Positions 57,487 to 64,000 of a DNA stretch of 64,000 bases are shown here, in pieces. The DNA lies in IMG/VR virus record IMGVR_UViG_3300036985_002546, positions 7,812 to 71,811 of that record; one strand, given 5' to 3'. The stretch's first letter is position 1, and each line of letters starts with the position of its first letter. The notes below the pieces were generated by a model that was not told where the DNA came from, searched no databases, and saw nothing but the letters and a program-made list of their open reading frames with translations. The position numbers and the translations under genes were made by a program. The stretch is from a virus.

Positions 57487-58182
57487 TTAGTACTCAAACG
57501 CTCCTGGACCTAACGGTTTAGGACTGATACCGAGCACAGCATCAGAGTTAGGGCTATCTACAAGAATGTTTATCGTTTTGTGTGTGTTTTCTTTCTTACT
57601 ATTACGTACTTTAGCAATTTCTAACGAAGCTTCAAGAGATTTACTTTGATCAGACGTACGCACACGAGGTGGTGTCGTTTCTTCTAGGCCGCTCATTAAG
57701 GACGATGTATCCATTGCACGTACATTACCTTCAGATAAAACTTTGACATTACTAGCATAATCTGGTTCTTCAATAAATACAAGCTCTACATCAGTATTAC
57801 CTAATGTAGCTATTTCATATTCTTCTTTTTTCTTTGCTACGAACACATTTCCAGCTTTTATTTGACGCGGAATTTCTTCCTTATTTACTAAGACACAAAG
57901 CGTACCTTTTTGGACTAGTATAACTCTGTCTTTTTTAGAGTTTACAATCTTACCTGAACTGTTACCAGCCGACATAAGTTCTGAACGAACTACAAACGGT
58001 CCTGAAAATAACTCTACAGCGATTCCTGTAGCGGTGTTTACACGGTTTTGGTTAGGAAGCGTGCTACCTATACCGTGTCGTTTCATAATTTCGCCATGTG
58101 TGGTGCCCGCCCTAAAATCAGGAGCATGACGAGGTTGTGTAGTTTTATAAAAATTTGCTGATAAATGTGGATTGTAAGACAT
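57487..58182 (-). CDS. Cupin-like protein lacking metal-binding histidines
   Basis: DRVILVQKG.L, IKAGNVFV, YEIA..G..DVELVFIE; RBS AAGGAG. Confidence 0.55.
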   Translation of the reverse strand: MSYNPHLSANFYKTTQPRHAPDFRAGTTHGEIMKRHGIGSTLPNQNRVNTATGIAVELFSGPFVVRSELMSAGNSSGKIVNSKKDRVILVQKGTLCVLVNKEEIPRQIKAGNVFVAKKKEEYEIATLGNTDVELVFIEEPDYASNVKVLSEGNVRAMDTSSLMSGLEETTPPRVRTSDQSKSLEASLEIAKVRNSKKENTHKTINILVDSPNSDAVLGISPKPLGPGAFEY

Positions 58183-58193
58183 AATTCTCCTTT

Positions 58194-58466
58194 TTAGTTA
58201 ATTTGTTCCAAAACCGTATCTTCTGCGTAACCTACCGCGTTAGTTAGTTTTTTGACTGATTCTTCACCATTTGCAAGATAACCACCAATTAAAAATATAT
58301 CATTTATTAAAAACTCTCTATCACACCCCCCACAAGCTAAATCCCATAAACCTAAAACCCAAGCTGTAGCGTTTAGAATAGTGCACGCGGGAAACATAAC
58401 TGTTGACCCACAGTGTTCACATTGTAGTAAACTTTGTTTTTCTACACACAACCACTCTAGTCGCAT
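58194..58466 (-). CDS. Small zinc-finger hypothetical protein
   Basis: CEHC...CGGC. Confidence 0.55.
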   Translation of the reverse strand: MRLEWLCVEKQSLLQCEHCGSTVMFPACTILNATAWVLGLWDLACGGCDREFLINDIFLIGGYLANGEESVKKLTNAVGYAEDTVLEQIN

Positions 58467-58736
58467 TTAAATAACTTCTTTTTGTCCTACTAAGTGCTCT
58501 ACAACTGGGTGTATGTTATAAACTACCGTCTTTTCTCCTAATGCGATCTGCCATTGACTAGCTCTCTGTCTAGATACGCTAAACGCATAACCAATCTTAG
58601 TACACGACTCTCCGCGTTGAAAAAGTTCTAGTAATAGCAAAAACTGTGACATTCCATATTTCTTAATTAGTCTTGACGCAAGACTTCTTACAGAATCGGA
58701 ACTATGTTGTGTGACTTTATGCAGTGTAGCGTTCAT
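58467..58736 (-). CDS. Helix-turn-helix DNA-binding protein (sigma region-4-like)
   Basis: GES.TKIG..FSVSRQRASQW. Confidence 0.65.
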   Translation of the reverse strand: MNATLHKVTQHSSDSVRSLASRLIKKYGMSQFLLLLELFQRGESCTKIGYAFSVSRQRASQWQIALGEKTVVYNIHPVVEHLVGQKEVI

Positions 58737-58767
58737 TATGTATACAATACAACGTATACTTTACATG

Positions 58768-59070
58768 TCAATCAAAAACTTTACACTTAGCCCAAACAAC
58801 GCCTAAGCTTTCTGTTGAACCGAAATATCCTGTTAAAATATAAGCTTGTTTCGTACCCTTATCTATAATTACATCTCCTATTTTAAATGGTCTAGCAAAT
58901 TCAAAAGGAGTAGTTTCACTGTCTTCAGTGAATTTGTGTGCTTGTCCATAAGCCTCACGTGGACATGATGCTATCATTTCTCCTGCTTCAGTGTAGTATT
59001 TGTCCAGCAAAACCAATTCAGGAGCACGATTATCTCTACAAATTCGGTACCATACTTCATACTTTGGCAT
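58768..59070 (-). CDS. Hypothetical protein
   Basis: 100 aa; RP..IGDVII motif. Confidence 0.55.
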   Translation of the reverse strand: MPKYEVWYRICRDNRAPELVLLDKYYTEAGEMIASCPREAYGQAHKFTEDSETTPFEFARPFKIGDVIIDKGTKQAYILTGYFGSTESLGVVWAKCKVFD

Positions 59071-59082
59071 GATTCTTGCTTT

Positions 59083-60156
59083 CTATGCACACGATTTTAA
59101 CATTCTATATTGAAAAAACGTAGGACTTTTTATATCTATCCGTTGACTAAACGCGTCTTTAATATACTCAACCACTTCAGCTTTTACCAACGCATCACCA
59201 GCGTCTACTTTAGTATCTGCGTTGTCATTTACTTTATCGAATGTAAGTACAGATATTTTAGGAAATATGTGTGATACTTTGTCTACAGTACTGAGTGTAG
59301 ACTTGTAAGCGTCTAAATCCCAAGCAAATACTACTTCGACAGGTCTTAACTCTTGTAATAGCTGTAACTGAGTAGTTGAAAGTGACTTACCAAACGTACA
59401 CAACGCAGGCATACCTACACTAAGAAAACCTAGTGCATCAAAAACACCCTCTGTTAATATTACAGTTTTATTCTTGTAGAATTGGAAAAACAAATCAGAT
59501 AACGGCCACACCCATTCCTTAATATTTGCGTTTCCGAAATATTTGGGATCTTGTTTAGAACCTACTCTACGACCTTGCCAGGCTACAGGTTTTTTACCAA
59601 AAAATACAGGAAACAACAACCAAGGACCAACAACGTCATACCCTTTGTTAGTTGGTAACTTTGGTGCATACCGAAGCTGTAGATAACTAACCATTTCAGG
59701 AGTTAAACCGCGACTGTATGCGTAGTTTAATACAGGGTGAGTAATTATGGAGTTCCAGTTGTCTGTGCCAGGTAACTCAATTTCCTTTGGTTCAGGAACG
59801 TTGATATTAAAGTTAATTTCAGGGTTAAATATGTTCTCTAACTTAGTCACTAGGTTGGTATTCGTTGATGGAATAACTGTTTTAAGAAGTTCTGAATAGA
59901 TCTCAGACTTCAATTTATTTGACACACTAGCTAAAAAGTCAATAAAACTAGACTTCCCTCTACCCCAATCACAGTTGAAACAAATCCAAGTTTTCTTTTG
60001 TATGTTTACATACAATTTATGTCTATTATCAAGACATTTTGGACAAACTTCTATACGACGCTCATCTCCACCAGCTTTTTTAATACTAGACGTAGCATTG
60101 GATTCAATCCAACTTTCTAGATCTAAGAGTTCTATTGCCTCATAAATCGCAGACAT
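59083..60156 (-). CDS. DnaG-type DNA primase (zinc finger plus TOPRIM)
   Basis: CPKC/CFNC, Y..SRGL, WQGR, PKY, TEGVFDAL, FAWDLDA. Confidence 0.88.
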   Translation of the reverse strand: MSAIYEAIELLDLESWIESNATSSIKKAGGDERRIEVCPKCLDNRHKLYVNIQKKTWICFNCDWGRGKSSFIDFLASVSNKLKSEIYSELLKTVIPSTNTNLVTKLENIFNPEINFNINVPEPKEIELPGTDNWNSIITHPVLNYAYSRGLTPEMVSYLQLRYAPKLPTNKGYDVVGPWLLFPVFFGKKPVAWQGRRVGSKQDPKYFGNANIKEWVWPLSDLFFQFYKNKTVILTEGVFDALGFLSVGMPALCTFGKSLSTTQLQLLQELRPVEVVFAWDLDAYKSTLSTVDKVSHIFPKISVLTFDKVNDNADTKVDAGDALVKAEVVEYIKDAFSQRIDIKSPTFFQYRMLKSCA

Positions 60157-60157
60157 A

Positions 60158-60604
60158 TTACTTAGTCTTTTTTAACCAACGTCCTTTTGCATCACGTGGC
60201 CACTCCAACATTTCATTTTTTAAAGTTTCTATGTAGGATGTAGCGTATGGTTGTGGTATTAAGTAACGCAATGGTATATTTTTCGTATCATCTTTTAATG
60301 ATTCATCTAAATCATCATCCAGTACTTTAACTTCTTTATTCGTAAATCCAAACCTAACTAACCACACATACACAGTTTTTTCTGGAGTAAAATGGTTAGG
60401 ATCACCGTATTGTCCACTACTCCAGATACCCTCAATAATATAGGTGCCTCCAGTTATCCACCCAACCCTAAAAGGACTCAATTCTTTCCGTTGTATAACA
60501 CGCTTGTAGGTGCTCCATTGATCGTCACAGTTTATGGAGTCAATATCAGCTAGTGCACGTACAATTACAGGACTTCCAACAGTAAATCGTTTTTTATCAA
60601 TCAC
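60158..60604 (-). CDS. Hypothetical protein
   Basis: 148 aa; ends in WPRDAKGRW. Confidence 0.6.
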   Translation of the reverse strand: MIDKKRFTVGSPVIVRALADIDSINCDDQWSTYKRVIQRKELSPFRVGWITGGTYIIEGIWSSGQYGDPNHFTPEKTVYVWLVRFGFTNKEVKVLDDDLDESLKDDTKNIPLRYLIPQPYATSYIETLKNEMLEWPRDAKGRWLKKTK

Positions 60605-60615
60605 AGTACAACTCC

Positions 60616-61461
60616 TTACAGTTCATATTTATTTTTAACTAAATCTACAAGACACTTTACAGCAGTAGTAGTGCGAAGCGTTACACGGTGTGTACACGGA
60701 TAGTGTTTATCCTTACATTTTTCTTTTACGCGAACAGGTACTTCTAGTTGTTTGACTAGCTGACTAGACTTTAACGCGTTAGGTTTAATAGTGTGTAACT
60801 GCACAGTACCTAACGTATATGATAACTGTTTGATGTCATCAACTAATTCTGGTACTACGTCCACAACTGCATGCCACGGTGTTATTGTCCAAAATCGGAC
60901 GATTGTTACACCTTCGGATTCTTCTTCAGCTGAATTATCTCTCGGCATAAGAATAATGCTGATGTAACTTGATGTTCTAGCTGAAACAACACTACCTAAA
61001 TGCTTGTATTTATTGTAAAAATTAGAATTATGCCATATTTTTGGTAATACAGGAATAGTACCTAATTCTTGTATAAATCCTGTAGCTAACGTATCTACCC
61101 ATCGTCCTGAAGGCTCATAACCGGTTCTGATAAATTTCGGTATACCAAGTTTTTTCCATTTACCCCTTCGTATACCGTTTTTGTAACTGGTTTTTTTCCA
61201 AGCATTTTCATCTAATAAATCATCATCTACAGTGTATAGGGATGACAATCCAGCCAGATGTTGATTTTTTACTATCTCACAATATTGTCTAATCGCACAC
61301 TTGTCCTCCGGACACTCTCCGTCTTCATCAGAAAACAACCACCCAAAGCAAGGAGAATTGTCTATAAAATCTGAAGTCTTGTCATCAACTTGAGCTTTTA
61401 CAGATTCTATTAGGGGCACATAGGATTCTACTTGTTTCCAAGTTTTAGTTTCGTCATCCAT
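60616..61461 (-). CDS. Hypothetical protein with PCFG...EC...C.....C motif
   Basis: 281 aa ORF. Confidence 0.6.
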   Translation of the reverse strand: MDDETKTWKQVESYVPLIESVKAQVDDKTSDFIDNSPCFGWLFSDEDGECPEDKCAIRQYCEIVKNQHLAGLSSLYTVDDDLLDENAWKKTSYKNGIRRGKWKKLGIPKFIRTGYEPSGRWVDTLATGFIQELGTIPVLPKIWHNSNFYNKYKHLGSVVSARTSSYISIILMPRDNSAEEESEGVTIVRFWTITPWHAVVDVVPELVDDIKQLSYTLGTVQLHTIKPNALKSSQLVKQLEVPVRVKEKCKDKHYPCTHRVTLRTTTAVKCLVDLVKNKYEL

Positions 61462-61463
61462 GA

Positions 61464-61655
61464 TTATTTTTTGAAATATTTTTCAAACCACTGCTTTTTA
61501 ATAGGTTTTCTACGAAATTGAGGTTTATTTGATAGTTGGCATAGTTCTTGCTTGAACCAATAAGGAACATCACCAATGTAGTGAACAGGTAATTTATTGT
61601 CGATTAAAGGTACACAACCACCACACCTAGGACAAGTTACAAAGTTATAAATCAC
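61464..61655 (-). CDS. Small zinc-binding hypothetical protein
   Basis: CPRC...H...C. Confidence 0.5.
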   Translation of the reverse strand: MIYNFVTCPRCGGCVPLIDNKLPVHYIGDVPYWFKQELCQLSNKPQFRRKPIKKQWFEKYFKK

Positions 61656-61664
61656 ATCGTTACT

Positions 61665-61946
61665 CTACTGCATATAAAGAATAGTAATACTCCCGTTAGA
61701 TTCTTGTTTTGGTATGGCGTATACAAACTCGTCCCAAGCCCACTTTGCGCGTTCAGCTGCGGTTTTAACGGCTTTAAGAATTTCATCTACATCAGGATTC
61801 TTAGTAGTAGTTTCATAAAACCGTACGGTTATTAAAGCCCCATGCCAATCATTTTTATAGAATTCGATATGAAAATCGCTTGTGTACAGAACATTGACCT
61901 TCCATCCTCTGGAGTACATATCCTGAAGTAGAACAGCCAGCTCCAT
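61665..61946 (-). CDS. Hypothetical protein
   Basis: 93 aa ORF co-oriented in the accessory cluster. Confidence 0.55.
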   Translation of the reverse strand: MELAVLLQDMYSRGWKVNVLYTSDFHIEFYKNDWHGALITVRFYETTTKNPDVDEILKAVKTAAERAKWAWDEFVYAIPKQESNGSITILYMQ

Positions 61947-61977
61947 ATCTCATACAGTATACACCAACTCCGACGTG

Positions 61978-62196
61978 TTAGCTAGACGGTATGCAATCTA
62001 CCACGGGAAGCACACCAAAGTACATTTCCCAAGTACGTAGTGCATCGTCTAACTCGTCAACACGAATAGAAATACTACGACCGTCCTCATGTGGACATGT
62101 AATGTGTACAAAGGTATCACCTACGCACACTCCTGGATACTTACCACACACTTTACAAGGCACAAACACAACATTTAACTTCTTAGTTCCAAACAT
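61978..62196 (-). CDS. Lar-like zinc-ribbon protein
   Basis: PCKVCG..P...ITC.H...DDALRTW resembles Lar-family ribbons. Confidence 0.45.
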   Translation of the reverse strand: MFGTKKLNVVFVPCKVCGKYPGVCVGDTFVHITCPHEDGRSISIRVDELDDALRTWEMYFGVLPVVDCIPSS

Positions 62197-62211
62197 TTCT
62201 AATTTTCCTTT

Positions 62212-62427
62212 CTACTTTTTCGTTAATGAATTCACTTGTGTTTCTAGTACAGCAACACGTTCCCTCAGTTTAATAACCTCTTCACGAAGATATTGTAACT
62301 CTGTGTCATTTTGCTTAGTAATAAATTTCTCGTTATTAAAGAAAATTTCTGAAATGACTTCTGTCTTTTCACGAACACCCTCATCTGGAAATGGTGCAGC
62401 ATACATATAAATTCCGTTATCTTTCAT
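62212..62427 (-). CDS. Small coiled-coil protein
   Basis: LREEVIKLRERVAVLETQV; RBS GGAGG. Confidence 0.6.
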   Translation of the reverse strand: MKDNGIYMYAAPFPDEGVREKTEVISEIFFNNEKFITKQNDTELQYLREEVIKLRERVAVLETQVNSLTKK

Positions 62428-62459
62428 AATTAAAGTCCTCCGGTTAAAAAACTCATCGT

Positions 62460-64000
62460 TTACGAACAGCCACTCGTTGTACCACAGTTAGTACACCGGT
62501 GGCAACTACCATTTGGCACCATGATGGAACCACAATCAGCACACGTAGGAGCATCCGTCCTTTGTACCAATCCAGTTTTTGCAAAACCAATAACTGGTGT
62601 AATTGGTAAATCGTGCGTAACTTCTTGTACTTCTTTTGGAGTCAAAAACTTCAACTCTAACCACCTGAAAACATAATCTAAAATTGATGACGCACGTTGA
62701 ATACTCATGTTTCCGGTAAATCCGGATGGTTCAAATCTGGTTCTAGAAAACTTATCCACAAGAGAACGTAGAGGTACCCCATACTGAAGTGCAATAGACA
62801 CCGCTGTAGCAAAGCCGTCTATTAGACCGGAGACAGTACTACCCTCTTTCGCCATTTTAATGAAGAGTTCTCCCGGCTCTCCGTTGTCATACAATCCTAC
62901 ATGTAAGTAACCTTCGTACCCCGCTACAGAAAATTTGTGGGCAATAGCTTTACGTTCATCAGGTAATCGGTTCCGTACAGCTCCTACAGGTGCTAACACT
63001 GACACTTCTCCTTTTTTGTTTGTTGTTTCTGTGCTGCTAGTAGATAAAGGTTGCGTCAACTTACAACCATCGCGATACACGGCTACGGATTTTAGACCTA
63101 ACTGCCAGGCTAACATGTAGATATTCTCAATATCTTGTATAGTTGTAGTTGCTGGAGCATTGACTGTTTTTGATACAGCACCGGAAAGAAATGGTTGCGC
63201 TGCTGCCATCATTCGTAAATGTCCTTCAGAGGATATACACCGAGTACCGTTAGCAGGTTTAAATGCACAGTCAAAGACAGGTAGATCACTAACCTTAAGT
63301 AAAGGACAACCCTCGATCGTATCGTGTTCTTCTACATAAGAACAAATTTTGTCAATATCAATTTTTTCATATCCAAGGGATTCTAACGCAGCAGGAATAA
63401 CGGTGTTAATTGTTTTTATTGTACCACCACCTACTAATTTTTTATATTTAACCAAAGCTAACTCAGGTTCAATACCTGTAGTAGCACAATCCATCATCAT
63501 TCCACAGGTTCCCGTTGGAGCTAAGACTGTTACTTGCGCATTTCTAAATCCAAAATTTTCACCCCATTTAATAGCTTCGTAAAACATAATACCTAAAATT
63601 TCATCTCCAGTATTACCGTTATAATCAGCTAATCCTTTATAGTTTTGATGTTCCTCCAGTACAGTCAACATTGCGCATTTATTTTCTTTGTACGCGTCAA
63701 AAGGACCTGTAACGTCTCTACTGATTTTAGCAGACGTACCATATGCAGTTGCTGTCATGATACCCGTAATAAGGCTACACATAGAACGTCCTAGGTCAGA
63801 ATCGTAGGGTATCCCTCTACTCAATAGATACGCTCCCAGATTTGCATATCCTAGCCCTAATGGCCTAAATCTTAGTGCATTTGTCTCAATTTTCTTAGTT
63901 GGATAACTTGAATTACCTACAATAATTTCTTGAGCAATAATTACTCGTTTGATCACTTCATCAAATGAGTCGTCATAAGTATCTTCGTCGTGTTCAACGG
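62460..64000 (-). CDS. nrdJ: Class II (B12-dependent) ribonucleotide reductase, 3' part; frame stays open to the window end
   Basis: RPLGLGYANLG, APTGT, GIEP, SKTVN, YRDG, TSCPD-type domain (PGELFI...KEGS, RFEPSG) and C-terminal C..C/C..CG.TSGCS. Confidence 0.93.
   Translation of the reverse strand, partial: VEHDEDTYDDSFDEVIKRVIIAQEIIVGNSSYPTKKIETNALRFRPLGLGYANLGAYLLSRGIPYDSDLGRSMCSLITGIMTATAYGTSAKISRDVTGPFDAYKENKCAMLTVLEEHQNYKGLADYNGNTGDEILGIMFYEAIKWGENFGFRNAQVTVLAPTGTCGMMMDCATTGIEPELALVKYKKLVGGGTIKTINTVIPAALESLGYEKIDIDKICSYVEEHDTIEGCPLLKVSDLPVFDCAFKPANGTRCISSEGHLRMMAAAQPFLSGAVSKTVNAPATTTIQDIENIYMLAWQLGLKSVAVYRDGCKLTQPLSTSSTETTNKKGEVSVLAPVGAVRNRLPDERKAIAHKFSVAGYEGYLHVGLYDNGEPGELFIKMAKEGSTVSGLIDGFATAVSIALQYGVPLRSLVDKFSRTRFEPSGFTGNMSIQRASSILDYVFRWLELKFLTPKEVQEVTHDLPITPVIGFAKTGLVQRTDAPTCADCGSIMVPNGSCHRCTNCGTTSGCS

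Noticed and set aside
398-63582. Numerous plus-strand ORFs, including similar-looking ones repeated in the array (590..862, 1880..2176, 4175..4459, 7768..8115, 8809..9108)
   Set aside because: They are antisense shadows of minus-strand genes; their mutual similarity simply mirrors the paralogs, and they lack RBSs and recognisable motifs
1-64000. Alternative genetic code, tRNA or rRNA genes
   Set aside because: Genes tile densely under the standard code with all three stops used; no cloverleaf or rRNA-like segment was seen in the short intergenic gaps

Overview
The whole window is one co-oriented (minus-strand), AT-rich segment of a large contractile-tailed phage genome with SPO1/Twort (Herelleviridae)-like head genes. 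In transcription order (right to left) it holds: the 3' part of a class II ribonucleotide reductase, small accessory ORFs, a DnaG-type primase, an intein-containing portal, about 10 kb of unusual putative head-cargo genes, prohead protease, scaffold, major capsid protein, an inserted island of repeat-bounded cassettes, neck genes, sheath, tube, tail chaperones, tape measure, baseplate and a beta-helix tail fibre. The left 12 kb is a modular paralog array, [D-E-(A-B-C)] then [D-E-(A-B-C)(A-B-C)(A-B...)], that runs off the window edge. The best candidates for undescribed biology are: (1) that combinatorial A/B/C array; (2) the cluster of proteins rich in hydrophobic-x-K-[S/A] protease-site-like motifs around the portal-protease region, including a sigma-factor-like domain fused to an apparently dead topoisomerase IB fold; (3) two free-standing nucleases (a TnpA-less TnpB and a LAGLIDADG enzyme), each flanked by a duplicated terminus of the gene it invaded; (4) a gene bounded exactly by 78-bp leader repeats; (5) a candidate +1 frameshift in the tail chaperone. 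All protein calls come from motif recognition by eye and gene order; no database searches were run.
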